Shown: positions 9,796 to 21,506, counted from the first letter of the stretch. The stretch: 64,000 bases of DNA from an uncultured delta proteobacterium (GCA_963724765.1 CAVRVY010000004.1:1568001-1632000); one strand, 5' to 3'. Notes: generated from the sequence alone by a model not told the origin. Program-made: numbers and translations.

Positions 9796-10233
9796 ATGGA
9801 ATCGTACCCGGAGGGACCAATCAAAGGCTCGGAGATGGAACGCCAAATGAATCTGGCCTGGGATAGCATCGATGCGAAGTCCGCCAAGCACATCGATGAC
9901 CTGCTCAAGCCAAAGTCCCAGGAGGAGATCGGCGCCCTGTTCCATAGCCTTTATGACATTCAAGGCGAAATGGGACCGAAACACGACCGCTGCTTTAGGG
10001 ATGCCATCGTGTACCTGATCGTGGGCACCGCCATGCACTCCCTATTGTTGGCCTTTCCTTGTGTCCATTTCCCAGGGAGCGTCCATCGCGTATTCGATCC
10101 TAAACTCTCCGAGGCCGAACGCAAGTCGGTCTGGGAAACCCACGAGAAGGCCGAGGAGCGGGATGCCGAGGCCCACGCCCGGAAACGCCGCAACCAGGCC
10201 AAACGCGAGCGCCGAGAAGCGGCGCGAGCATAA
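9796..10233 (+). CDS. hypothetical protein (5' end possibly disrupted by IS21)
   Basis: 145-aa ORF starting just after the IS21 right end, followed by a hairpin. Confidence 0.5.
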   Translation: MESYPEGPIKGSEMERQMNLAWDSIDAKSAKHIDDLLKPKSQEEIGALFHSLYDIQGEMGPKHDRCFRDAIVYLIVGTAMHSLLLAFPCVHFPGSVHRVFDPKLSEAERKSVWETHEKAEERDAEAHARKRRNQAKRERREAARA

Positions 10234-10245
10234 CCCGTCCGCCCT

Positions 10246-10284
10246 GGGCCGCCGCTCGGTCGATAACCGGGCGGCGGCTCTCTT
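10246..10284 (+). terminator. GC-rich hairpin, probable terminator
   Basis: GGGCCGCCGCTCGG-loop-CCGGGCGGCGGCTC followed by TCTT. Confidence 0.5.
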
Positions 10285-10304
10285 GTGCCAAATAGGTGCC
10301 AAAT
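10285..10304. repeat. tandem 9-bp direct repeat GTGCCAAAT, integrase arm-type site-like
   Basis: Two exact copies with 11-bp periodicity near the end of the phage-like block. Confidence 0.5.
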
Positions 10305-10427
10305 TAACCCGATCCGGGCGGGGTAGCGCCTATTAGCACCGATTACACGTTTATTCAGTTCCTCTTAGAGCCCCTAAGCGTTAATGGGGTTTCGCGTTAG
10401 CGCCTAGTACCCCGGTTTAGCGCCAAG

Positions 10428-11274
10428 ATCGACTGTACCCGTCGCTCCTGGACGCGATCACCATCGTCCAGCCGGAGACCGTGATCCGCTGGCACCGACG
10501 CGGTTTCCGCGCCTATTGGCGCTGGAAGTCCCGCCACGTCGGCGGCCGTCCAAGGATCGATTGCGAGATGCGAGCGCTGATCCGGCGGGGATGAGCCGCG
10601 AGAACCCGCTGTGGGGCGCACCGCGGATCCACGGCGAATTGTTGATGCTTGGAATCGAGGTCGCTGAATCAACCGTCGGCAGGTATATGGTCTGGCGCCG
10701 CCGACCACCGTCCCAAGGTTGGAAGACTTTCCTGCGCAATCACGTTGGCGGCATCGCTTCGCTGGATCTGTTCGTCGTACCCACGTCTCGTTCAAGCTGC
10801 TGTACGGCTTGGTGATCCTGCGTCACGCCCGCAGGCGACTAGTCGCGATCAGCGTCACTACCAATCCGACTGCCGAGTGGATCGCTGGACAGGTGACTGA
10901 CGCTTTCCCCTGGGACGAAGCGCCGCGTCACCTGATTCGCGACCGCGACGGGGGCCTTCGGCCCAGCCTACACCCATCGCATTCGGGCAATGGGGATCCG
11001 CGATCATCCGACCGCGCCGCGTTCACCGTGGCAGAACGGCCACGTCGAGCGCCTCATCGGCTCGATCCGGCGCGAAAGCCTCGATCACTTGGTCGTGTTC
11101 GACGAAGCGCAGTTGCGTCGCGTTCTGAAGAATTACGCTTCTTATTACAATCGGGTCCGAACGCATCTCTCATTGGACAAGAATGCGCCGGATTTTCGAC
11201 GCCCACAGAAGCTCGGCCCCATCGCAGCCATTTCAATTCTGGGTGGGCTGCACCACCAATATGTAAGGGTTTAG
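10428..11274 (+). pseudogene. 5'-truncated, frameshifted rve integrase-core transposase (copy of 62105-63133)
   Basis: Near-identical DNA to 62290-63133; frames broken near 10580, 10785 and 10950; element end TTTTGACTAAGCACA resumes at 12531-12545. Confidence 0.85.
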
Positions 11275-11369
11275 CAACCGTGTTGAGGGCGCGTTGCCCA
11301 CAGGGTCCACAGGCTCTGGGATCGAATAGAGCATCCCGCCTGTGGACTTGTGGGCAACGCGCAGGCTGT

Positions 11370-12497
<1,128 letters not shown>

Positions 12498-12739
12498 GCT
12501 ATCTTCATACGCCGATTCTCAGATACAAGGTTTTGACTAAGCACACCACCTAAGCCGTCCGCAGCTGTCGTCGATCGATCGTTTGCTCTGGGTACGTGGG
12601 AACTGTGTTCTTCGAAGAACCGGATTCGTTTGTCGTGAGCCTTCCTTTAGGTATAGGTTTTTTCAAGGCCGGAAAGTTATTGCACGTGCCACACAACCGT
12701 GTCCGACTCGGACGGCCATAAACCCAACGGAGTTCATTC

Positions 12740-12922
12740 ATGGACGCCTATCTGGATCGTATCTCTCCTGAGAAATTAACGGTCCTCTGCACAAGGGGGT
12801 TTTTCCTCGACGATAGAAGGCTGACATTTATCGACGAATACGGGGCGGAGCTTTCTATCGAAGAGGTCGAGGAAAACAACGTACGCTGGCTGAAGCGCCG
12901 GATCGGTGAGGTCGGACACTGA
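12740..12922 (+). CDS. small hypothetical protein
   Basis: 60-aa ORF with GGAG RBS. Confidence 0.4.
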   Translation: MDAYLDRISPEKLTVLCTRGFFLDDRRLTFIDEYGAELSIEEVEENNVRWLKRRIGEVGH

Positions 12923-13062
12923 TAGGCTGCTGCCGGAGTCTTTTCAGGAACGCACAAGCGTTAAGGCGGCGTGCGGAAAGTCCGCGCGTGGCAAGTCGAA
13001 CACTCGTCCACATCTACATCGCGAACCTGAAGGGAACACGAAATTAGTAACTGTTTCGGCGA

Positions 13063-14760
13063 TCATCTCGTAACCGGGGCGGTGAGCCCGGTGCCATCCT
13101 CGAGGTCCAGGCTCGAGCCGAGCCTAAGCACCCGCGTGTGAAATTTTCGGAGGCTCGGCCGATGGCCAAGACTGACGACGGTCGTCGGCATCCGCGCGAG
13201 CCTCGCATACAGGAGTTCCTCGTTTCCCGGATCGAGTGCGCTGGTCGCCTCGTCGAGGAACGCATAGCGCGGATGGTTGAGCAGAAGCCGCGCGAAAGCT
13301 AGCCTCTGCTGCTCGCCGGCGGAAAGCACGTCTACCCAATGCATCTCCGCGTCCAGTCCGCCGAATCGCGCCGGCAGATCGACCAGGTTCACCTCCTTCA
13401 GCGCTTCGAGTTGTTCCTCTTCGGTGGCGTCCTCCGCGCTCGGGTAGCGGAGCTGATCACGCAGTGATCCGAGGATCATGTATGGGCGCTGCGGCAGGAA
13501 CATGATCTGGTTCAGCGGTGGGCGCTCGATACGTCCGCTGCCGGAGTCCCAAAGCCCGGCGACCGCGCGCATCAACGAGGTCTTGCCCACGCCGCTCGGA
13601 CCCATGACCAGCAGCGCGTCGCCCTCGTTGACCGCCGTCGAAAGCCCGTCGAGCAGCGTCCGCGACCGATCCGGCGTCATCAGTGTCAGGTTTTTAAGCG
13701 CAAGGCGTCCGTCCTCGACCACCTCGATCCGCTCCGCGCCGTCGGGCTCGGGAGCATCAGCCTTCTCGCATTCTTTCTTGAACGTCGCGAGACGGTTGAC
13801 CACCGACGCATAGTCAGTGAGGCTTTGGAAACGGTCGATCACCAGTGACAGAGAGCTTTGAAGCACCGCGAACGCGTAAGCGGCCTGGGTGAATTCGCCC
13901 AACTTGAAATGCTCGGAAAAGTACGCGCCTGCGAGGACGAAATAAGGCACGAGATTCGCCGCGTCGTCATAGGATTCGGTGAAGAAGGTGAGATGGCGCT
14001 GCCACAGAATCAGCAATTTGAAGTTGCGCAGCACCCGCGCAAAGCGGCTGCTCAACTGACGCGCCTCATCGCGGGCGCCTTGATAGAGCGCGATCTGTTC
14101 GGCGTTGTCGCGCGCGTGCACGAGCGCGAAGCGGTAATCTGCCTCGTAGCGTTGCTGATCGAAATTGATCAGCACGAGGCGCCTGCCGATTGTGACCGTC
14201 AGCCAGGTACCGACGGCAGCGTAGCCGACCAAGCACACTGCCAACCATGACGAGATCGACCACAGGATTCCGAAAAACGTTGCGGCGGTGACGAGCGCGC
14301 TCAGCATTACCATCGAGTAGGTCAGCGCGCCGGTCGTGAAGCTGTTGATATCCTCACTGATTCGCTGGTCGGGGTTGTCGACGGAGCGATCGCGCATGAT
14401 GCGGTAGAGCGCGTTCTTGTGCAAGCTGAGGCGAACGAACCACTTGGTCATCCATTCGCGCCATTCGATCCCCAGCAGCCTGGTCAGGTAGGGATGAAAA
14501 GCTGCGATGGGCACGAAGATAACGATCCATACCACATACAGAAGTATCAAGTGATAAAAGTGCGCAGCATCCTTGGCCTGCAGCGAGTTCATCACATCGC
14601 GCGAGACGTAGCTGAAGACGGCCCGCATCCCGATCGTGCCCAGGCTCAAAGCCACCATGATCGCTAGTAGCCCGAGAGCCCGGGCCCGCTTTTCGGAGGT
14701 CCAGTAGGGCTTCACCAGGCTCCAGAGCGCCTTCCAAAACACACGGTCGAACTTGCCCAC
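13063..14760 (-). CDS. fused ABC transporter permease/ATPase (YddA/BacA/ABCD-like family)
   Basis: DNPDQRISED, EADYRF.L, GPSGVGKTS, FLPQRPY, LSAGEQQRLAFAR, FLDEATSALD. Confidence 0.9.
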   Translation of the reverse strand: MGKFDRVFWKALWSLVKPYWTSEKRARALGLLAIMVALSLGTIGMRAVFSYVSRDVMNSLQAKDAAHFYHLILLYVVWIVIFVPIAAFHPYLTRLLGIEWREWMTKWFVRLSLHKNALYRIMRDRSVDNPDQRISEDINSFTTGALTYSMVMLSALVTAATFFGILWSISSWLAVCLVGYAAVGTWLTVTIGRRLVLINFDQQRYEADYRFALVHARDNAEQIALYQGARDEARQLSSRFARVLRNFKLLILWQRHLTFFTESYDDAANLVPYFVLAGAYFSEHFKLGEFTQAAYAFAVLQSSLSLVIDRFQSLTDYASVVNRLATFKKECEKADAPEPDGAERIEVVEDGRLALKNLTLMTPDRSRTLLDGLSTAVNEGDALLVMGPSGVGKTSLMRAVAGLWDSGSGRIERPPLNQIMFLPQRPYMILGSLRDQLRYPSAEDATEEEQLEALKEVNLVDLPARFGGLDAEMHWVDVLSAGEQQRLAFARLLLNHPRYAFLDEATSALDPGNEELLYARLARMPTTVVSLGHRPSLRKFHTRVLRLGSSLDLEDGTGLTAPVTR

Positions 14761-15462
14761 CGCTGCCTCCGATTCACCCGAGCGGGGCGAGAGAGCGATC
14801 AGGATTCCGCCGGCGTAGCTTTTGTCCGGGGCCGCCTGGCGCGATCCACATTATGCCCGATCGCGTGGGGATACCGGATCGCGGAGATATATGTCCGGGA
14901 GGGGTCAGCCGCCGCCGAGCGTGACTAGGCGTGCGGCATGAGCAACACCGCGACTGATTCTGCCGCTGAGGGCAATCCCTTTGGCACCGTTCGCTTCAAC
15001 AACAAACCTACAGCGCGCCACAAATGCGGTCCAGGGTGAGCGCCCTTCACAACTCGTCTCGATGTAGCAAAGCTTAACGTGATGCTGTCACCTGGCCTTT
15101 AGAAACCGGTACCGGCAGTTCGAATTCAGTTCGCTCCGCCAACCAGTCTCTATCTCCGGGACTAATTCGCTTAACACGCCGAATAGCTCGCGTGTGGGGC
15201 GATGCGCACGGGCCATCGGCACCGGAGAACGCTCAAATGGTGAGCCGCTGCGCGTCACTTCGATTTTCTCTCTGTGGGCGAGTAATTCGGTGCCGATGCC
15301 TACCATTGGCGAACGCAACGTCCGCAGGGAAGCGGCGGATATCGCGAGCGACGCGAAGGGCACGACGGGCTTCCGACGGGTGAAAGCGTTTCGCCCGAGC
15401 ATCGCCTTCTGATGCGTCATCACACAAATTGAGAACCAGGGGCGCATGTTCGAATGCCTCGG

Positions 15463-17151
15463 CTACCCAGCGTTCAAAGCGGTTCTCTGCGAGCACCATG
15501 AGAGCGGAAGCTCGATGCGCCGGGTGAGTGCTTCTGCGGTAAGAGCAGTTGGCTGCCGGCCCTCCACAATAGACTCAACGATATCCGGCGCCAGGAAAGC
15601 CAAGCGGATCAAGCGGCCTACGTAGCGGACGGCTAGTCCCTCGCGCGCAGCTATCGCAGCAAGAGATCTTGCCTTGCCGGTGCTGAGCTCGTCGAACCAG
15701 CGATGTGCCCGAGCAACGGCCTTCAATAGCGATAAATCGACGATGGCCGCTGAACGAATGTGATCGCCTACGATCATTCGCAACTCAACCCCACGCCGCT
15801 TCAGTTGCATTGGAAACGATCGTGCGATTGCGATCTGATCCGGAAGCTGAGCCCGGGACTTTTCCGCGCCTGCGATGGGCAGCTTAATCGACACCCTTAT
15901 GCCGTCAGATTTGAGCTCCACCCGATCCACCAGCGCGGCAATCGCGGCCGTTTGTTCGGCTTCTGATTGAAGGCGGTGACGCCAGGTTCGCGCGGCGTGG
16001 AGTACGCGGTCGACCTGGCTGGAGTTAATGTCAGTTTTCTGAGCGGCCTCGAGAACTGCCGCTTGGTCGTCGAGCATTTCCCGGACAGCGGCCGCTACTC
16101 GCTTTTCGAGCTCTCGCGCAGGCAAACGCCAGCCGGCGCACGACGGCGTAGATCCTTGAGCTGGGAAGTTGCGCGAGACATAATAGCGGTACTTTCGTTC
16201 TCCTTTCCTTGCGTGACTGGGCGTAAGGCCATCGCCATTCTCGTCGACCAATCGCCCGATGAGGGGACTCTTTTCGAGGCTTGCATCGTGGCTCTTGGCC
16301 CGAACTCGGTGCTCCTGAAGCTGCTGCTGGGTTCGCTCCCACACCGCTCGATCCACGATCGCCTGATGCTGACCGGGGTGGCGGAGGTTCTTGTGCCGGA
16401 TCTCACCTACGTAAATCGGATTCGAGAGGAGCGCGTAAAGTGCTCCTTGGGAGAACGAGTGCCCGCCAGACTCGATTCCGGCCTTGGAGCTTCGCCGCTT
16501 GGAAACGACACCGCGGCGGTCCAGATCTTCTTTGAGCAGCCGAACGCAGCCGAGCTCTTGGTATCGACGGAAAATATATCGGACGGTCTCCGCCTCCGGT
16601 TCGTCGATCACAATGCGGCGGTCGCAGACGTCGTACCCGAGTGGAACGAAACCGCCCATCCACATCCCTTTGCGCTTGGAGGCCGCGATTTTGTCGCGGA
16701 TCCGTTCTCCCGTCACCTCGCGCTCGAACTGGGCGAAGGACAGCAGGACGTTGAGCGTCAAACGTCCCATCGAAGTCGTCGTATTGAACTGCTGGGTGAC
16801 AGCGACGAAGGAGACTCCATGCGCGTCGAACACCTCGACCATCTTGGCAAAGTCAGCCAGTGAACGGGTAAGCCGGTCCACTTTGTAAACGACCACCACA
16901 TCGATCAGACGTTCGCGAATATCGGACAGTAAGCGCTGCAACGCCGGCCGGTTCATCGTGGCGCCCGACAGTCCGCCGTCATCATAGGCTGTCTTGACCA
17001 GGCGCCAGCCCTCGCCCTGCTGACTTTTGATGTAGGACTCGCAGGCTTCGCGCTGCGCGTGTAGAGAATTGAAGTCCTGTTCGAGTCCCTCCTCAGATGA
17101 TTTGCGGGTGTAGATTGCGCAGCGCCGACTCGAAGCTTTACCGGATTCCAT
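15463..17151 (-). CDS. large serine recombinase (resolvase + recombinase domains)
   Basis: CAIYTRKS catalytic Ser, YDDGG.SG, RPALQRLL, VVVYKVDRLTRS, FAQFERE. Confidence 0.92.
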   Translation of the reverse strand: MESGKASSRRCAIYTRKSSEEGLEQDFNSLHAQREACESYIKSQQGEGWRLVKTAYDDGGLSGATMNRPALQRLLSDIRERLIDVVVVYKVDRLTRSLADFAKMVEVFDAHGVSFVAVTQQFNTTTSMGRLTLNVLLSFAQFEREVTGERIRDKIAASKRKGMWMGGFVPLGYDVCDRRIVIDEPEAETVRYIFRRYQELGCVRLLKEDLDRRGVVSKRRSSKAGIESGGHSFSQGALYALLSNPIYVGEIRHKNLRHPGQHQAIVDRAVWERTQQQLQEHRVRAKSHDASLEKSPLIGRLVDENGDGLTPSHARKGERKYRYYVSRNFPAQGSTPSCAGWRLPARELEKRVAAAVREMLDDQAAVLEAAQKTDINSSQVDRVLHAARTWRHRLQSEAEQTAAIAALVDRVELKSDGIRVSIKLPIAGAEKSRAQLPDQIAIARSFPMQLKRRGVELRMIVGDHIRSAAIVDLSLLKAVARAHRWFDELSTGKARSLAAIAAREGLAVRYVGRLIRLAFLAPDIVESIVEGRQPTALTAEALTRRIELPLSWCSQRTALNAG

Positions 17152-17611
17152 GACTTTGCTCCTTGGCTGCGGATTTGAGGCCGAAGAACAGTGGTCCCGA
17201 CCAGCGCGAGCCGGTGATGACGCGTGCAACCTCGGAAAGTGACTTGTATCGTTTGCTTCGAAAGAGGATCCCGTCTTCGAGCACCTTCGCTTGATGGGTC
17301 ACTCCACCCCAGTCACGCACCAACACGGTTCCGACTTTAGGATGTAGGCTCGGGTAGTGTGGTGAGGGTCGGGAGGTCGCAGGATTGTTAGCGACCTGCA
17401 TTAGATGGCGGCGGACCGAAGATTTGAGTGCGCCGAGTGCATTCTCCTGCATTCGGAGAGCAACCGCCGCAATCAGGAGAGATTGGTGAATCTTCTGAGG
17501 GGGCTTCGTGCCATAGAGGATGCTCCAGAGGTACTTCAGCTCGTCATCGTCTCGCGTTTTGAGGTTCTGCAATTCCCTTGCGAGTTTCTCGGATTTCGCG
17601 TCCGATACCAT
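17138..17611 (-). CDS. DUF2924-like protein
   Basis: GTVLVRDW.G..H, YKSLSEVARVITGSRWSGPLFFGL; overlaps the recombinase start. Confidence 0.85.
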   Translation of the reverse strand: MVSDAKSEKLARELQNLKTRDDDELKYLWSILYGTKPPQKIHQSLLIAAVALRMQENALGALKSSVRRHLMQVANNPATSRPSPHYPSLHPKVGTVLVRDWGGVTHQAKVLEDGILFRSKRYKSLSEVARVITGSRWSGPLFFGLKSAAKEQSHGIR

Positions 17612-17895
17612 GCGCTTCATAGCCAGTTCCTAACCCTCCCCATACACACACATTGCTCGATTCGCGGCGGGTAGCCAGTCCAACGAGGGTTTACTTTCCG
17701 CTTGTCTGATGCGATTTCGCTGGCCCCATTTCGCCTTCCAATCGCCCCCATCGTGCAGACCGTCGATCCGCGCGAGTAGTCGGCTTCTTTCTTTCTGCGC
17801 GAATGACATGGAATGGAGGAGGTAATCACTCGCTTCATGGACGCAACGGAGCAAACATCCCAGCGAGCCCTTAGGGCTTAGGAGATCTAGAGCGA

Positions 17896-18228
17896 ATGGA
17901 ACAAGCGAAATTGGCGAACGGAAGCGTGCATGAATTACCGATCGGACGCTCCCCGTCCCCGGCTAAGCAGGATCAGATGGACGCGGCGCGGTCGACTGGT
18001 AAGAAGGCGGTCCGGACGAAGGCTGCCCCGAGAAAGGACAAGCCTGCACGGCGACTCCGGAAGGAGATGGCTAGTAAGTCGAAATCAAACAAGCTGGTTT
18101 GCCGCTATTGCGGGAGCGACGATCTGGCGCCGAGTTTCATCAAGCGGCGCGATCGCCGATGCCGCAAGTGTTTCAGTAAGCGCTATGGGTCGGCGGCACG
18201 GGCGAGGAAGGCGAAGGTCAAGAAGTAG
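17896..18228 (+). CDS. small basic Zn-ribbon protein
   Basis: K/R-rich; CRYCGS...CRKC; followed by a hairpin and T tract. Confidence 0.6.
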   Translation: MEQAKLANGSVHELPIGRSPSPAKQDQMDAARSTGKKAVRTKAAPRKDKPARRLRKEMASKSKSNKLVCRYCGSDDLAPSFIKRRDRRCRKCFSKRYGSAARARKAKVKK

Positions 18229-18248
18229 TTTGGCCACGACGTGAGATG

Positions 18249-18280
18249 AGGGACCGGGCTCAAAAGGGCTCGGCCCTTTT
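18249..18280 (+). terminator. probable intrinsic terminator
   Basis: AGGGACCGGGCTC-AAAA-GGGCTCGGCCCT followed by TTT. Confidence 0.5.
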
Positions 18281-18571
18281 CCGTTTAGGGCTTCGTCTAG
18301 GGGCGGGGCTGAACGAAACCGGTGAACCTTCAAGCGGGCGAAATTCCTTGCGTCATGCCACAAGACGCCGAAGCGAAGCTGACGGCAAGATTTGCATCGG
18401 CCCCGTCAGGCACCGTCGAAACACCGCGGACCAAAACCTTGCCGAGGGCGGGCGTTCGGTCTGCAAGGCAATTGAGATCGGAGAGCCACTACGGAAATCA
18501 GAGTTGAGGACGACCTCAACCAAGCGAGTTTCGCCTGCGTACTGTTTCGAGGGAATGAAAAAGGGGCACTG

Positions 18572-19063
18572 ATGAAAATGAGAGTTGCGATTTTTCTACC
18601 AGTCGTGATGACTTTTGGCGTGGTATCAGTCTTCAGCGCGACTGCGCGCTCAGGATTTCAAAGTCTGCAAGAGTACGTTTGCTTTGTGTACGATTGCCCC
18701 ATGTGACCCGATTCCCGGAAACGACAATCAGCTCGCCTGTCATTGCACTGTCAATAACAGTTATTCCGCTGGCCAGGATCCATGCCAGGGGGTGAAGGAC
18801 ACCCCGAAGGGGCGCAGATCAGGTCGCGCTATTATCCGGTTCACAGTTATGCGGTATGGTCGAACGATCGGCCCTGGGCGTGGTGCCCCGATAAGCCCTG
18901 CATAGTTGACAAGAACAATCCGGAAGCAGCTTCGTGCGCCGAGCAACTACACTCCAAACACTTGCACGACAGGGGTTATTTCGTCGGCGACGGTTCAGCA
19001 AATAACCCAGGTAACAGATTACCTGAAGACCAAGACCAAAGTGCTGACCCCGTTCAACATCTA
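18572..19063 (+). pseudogene. frameshifted secreted Cys-rich protein
   Basis: Signal peptide MKMRVAIFLPVV; Cys-rich segments (FALCTIAPC, CHC, RSRYYP, PWAWC.DKPC) spread over three frames. Confidence 0.55.
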
Positions 19064-19682
19064 GGTCCTGAAAAAATGACACCCCAGTCCGGCAGACTGT
19101 GACGCAGGCACTTGCAGACTTCTCGATGAAGCGTGCCTGTGGCTACGAGAAGTTCCGCATGCGTCGAAAAGTCTTGAGTTTTGGATTCACCGACGCAATA
19201 TCGCCTGCGGACTGCCCTCTCTCATAAGGCAAACCGCTCGGACTGCCCTGTCAATTCTGCGACTGTGGGTCACAGTAGCCGTCGTTGAAACGAAGCGTAG
19301 CAAACCCGAGAGGGGTTTCAACCTCGCTTTTGCCTGCGAGAGTCTCCCTCGGGAGAGAGAAATGCGCGCGAAAGCGCGGACTCATTCGCGAAATAAAGGG
19401 TCTCGATGGTTCAAATCCGCCTCTCCGCCAACCAGTCTTCGATTTACAGCATTCTCTGGAAAGATGGGCGAAATCCCCGCGCCTGCGGTGCTTTGCGGCT
19501 ATTGAAAGTTACCGGAGAGTCGAGGATTAGAATGTTCGTCGCGCGTTTGCAAGAATCTCTCTCTGCGCGGCGCTGACTCGGTGTCCTTCGCGGAACGAAG
19601 CGACCAGAGAGTTCACACAGGCTGCTCTCCATCACGCAGTGTCTGTCCGTGGCTGGAGGAAACGGGGAAGAACGCGTAGCGC

Positions 19683-20681
19683 TCAGGTTGTCGACTTCGC
19701 TCGGAATACATCGGCGAGGGCGGGCACAAGGGTTGCCCAATCGCCCGCCAGTCCGATTGTAGCGCGTTCGAAAATTGGCGCCTCGGGGTCGTTATTGATG
19801 GCCACTACGACTTGAGCGCGCTTGATTCCGACCAGATGATTCGGCGCACCGCGAATTCCGACAGCGAAATACAGTAGTGGACCTATGGCCTTGCCCGTAA
19901 GTCCGACTTGTAGCTGCCGCGGTATCCATCCCTGATCCGTGACGCGCCGCGTCGCGCACATGCCCGCGCCAATCACACGCGCGAAATCCCGCACGGCCGC
20001 GATCCCCTCCGGGCCGCCTACGCCCATCCCGATGCCGACGACGAACTCGGAGCCCTCCAAAGGAGAGACCGAGGCGTCGAGCAGCGAGTATCTGCCGTTC
20101 ACGCGGCTCAGCGGCGGCTGGAGCTTGGGCCTGACAGTCTCGGGCGCCGCCTCGCGAGAACGGTTAGGCTCGCCGAGTTCTATCACTCCAGCGCGCACCG
20201 TAGCCATCTGCGGAAACGTCTTTGACAAAATGGGCGCGACTATATTGCCGCCGAAGGCCGGCTTGAGCGCGACCATCCGCCGCTCGCCGTCCAGCTCAAT
20301 TCCAATAGCGTCGCCAGTCAGCCCCAGGCCCAGACGTGCCGCAAGGCGCGGGCCCCAGTCGCGGCCGCATTCGCTCGCATTTATCAGCACGCCCCAGGGC
20401 TCGCGTTCGCGCACTAAATCGCCCAATGCCGTGGCTGCGGCCTCTGGCGAATATGCTTCGAGCGCGGGATGGTCGAGCACGATTATTCGATCGGCGCCGT
20501 AGCTCGAAAGCAACCCCGCGTGGCGCGCTATCGCTGCGGGGAAGCCTACGGTGGTCAGCGCACCACCGAGCTCGGTCGCGAGCTCGTCGCCGAGCGAAAG
20601 AAGCTCAAGCGTGCCGCGTGTGATCTCGCCCGCAAGGTTGGTCTCGCATGCCACCCAAAGGTCCCGCCCGCGGGCGGGCAT
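19683..20681 (-). CDS. ETF alpha portion of an ETF beta-alpha fusion (in frame with 20730-21506 across one TGA)
   Basis: KPAFGG, VGIGMG, ATRRV.D.GW, QVGLTG, GIRGAPNH, AINNDPEAPIF. Confidence 0.85.
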   Translation of the reverse strand: MPARGRDLWVACETNLAGEITRGTLELLSLGDELATELGGALTTVGFPAAIARHAGLLSSYGADRIIVLDHPALEAYSPEAAATALGDLVREREPWGVLINASECGRDWGPRLAARLGLGLTGDAIGIELDGERRMVALKPAFGGNIVAPILSKTFPQMATVRAGVIELGEPNRSREAAPETVRPKLQPPLSRVNGRYSLLDASVSPLEGSEFVVGIGMGVGGPEGIAAVRDFARVIGAGMCATRRVTDQGWIPRQLQVGLTGKAIGPLLYFAVGIRGAPNHLVGIKRAQVVVAINNDPEAPIFERATIGLAGDWATLVPALADVFRAKSTT

Positions 20682-20729
20682 CCGCGGCGTGTCACTGATG
20701 GGACGGCGTTTGCCATCGCGCCCAAGCGC

Positions 20730-21506
20730 TCACATCGCCTCGAGCGTCGTGACAACCTCCTGCACCGCGCGTTTGGGATCTGCCGTATCGACCATGCGAC
20801 ACTTTGGATACTCCGTCCGGATTGCACGCACCTCCTGTACCCAAGTCGGTGACCCCGCAAAGCCGAATAGCTCAGGATGGTCGCCGAGCGCCGCCGCGCG
20901 CACTGCCTCGATCGGCCACGACTTGGCCTCTTCGGCGGCCTCGGGCTTGACCCGGATAGGCTGTGCGACGCGCTCCGCACAGGTGAGGACGGCGGGCAGC
21001 GTGCAGGTGATCTCGTCGTAGCCTTCGTCGCTCTCGCGCTCGGCCGTCACGGTCCGCCCATCGATCTGCACCTTGCGCACACCCGTTATCTGCGCGATAC
21101 CAAGCAATTCAGCGATTTCGGGGCCGACTTGGCCAGTCTCGGCGTCGAGTGAGTATTTGCCGAGCATGATGAGATCGAACGATTCGCGCGCCAGCCATCT
21201 GGCGAGCGCGCGCGCGGTGGCGAGCGTGTCCGAACCGGCGAACGCGCGGTCCTCCAGGTGTACCGCCCGATCCATCCCCATCGCCAGCGCCTCGGTGAGT
21301 GCGGCGCGCGCCTGCGGTGGTCCCATCGTCACCACCGTGGCATGGCCGCCGAGGCTATGTTTGAATTCAACAGCGAGCGAGATGGCGCGAAGGTCGAAGG
21401 CGCTAATCACATTGATGCCATCGCGCCGGATGGTCATAGTGACGGGGTCGAAATTGGCGTCTTCGACCAGCGGAATCTGTTTGATACAAACGGCCATTGT
21501 GAGCAC
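20730..21506 (-). CDS. ETF beta portion of the fusion
   Basis: VCIKQIP, TMGPPQA, AGSDTLATA, G..SLDAETGQVG, GSPT.V. Confidence 0.85.
   Translation of the reverse strand: MLTMAVCIKQIPLVEDANFDPVTMTIRRDGINVISAFDLRAISLAVEFKHSLGGHATVVTMGPPQARAALTEALAMGMDRAVHLEDRAFAGSDTLATARALARWLARESFDLIMLGKYSLDAETGQVGPEIAELLGIAQITGVRKVQIDGRTVTAERESDEGYDEITCTLPAVLTCAERVAQPIRVKPEAAEEAKSWPIEAVRAAALGDHPELFGFAGSPTWVQEVRAIRTEYPKCRMVDTADPKRAVQEVVTTLEAM

Larger units (their letters stand above)
15118..19438 (-). mobile_element. serine-recombinase/DUF2924 element between 16-bp direct repeats
   Basis: CTCCGCCAACCAGTCT at 15134-15149 and 19423-19438, each after a GTTC(G/A)AAT T-loop-like motif. Confidence 0.6.

Noticed and set aside
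10414-10420. Additional IS110 target (GGTTTAG)
   Set aside because: It matches only the right target guide; the left-target side does not match.
19274-19432. Complete tRNA-Ser gene
   Set aside because: Only a T-loop-like motif and the 3' end are present; no cloverleaf could be built.
20730-20732. Selenocysteine at the in-frame TGA of the ETF fusion
   Set aside because: The position is in a linker where Gly fits, not a catalytic Cys site, and no convincing SECIS hairpin was seen.
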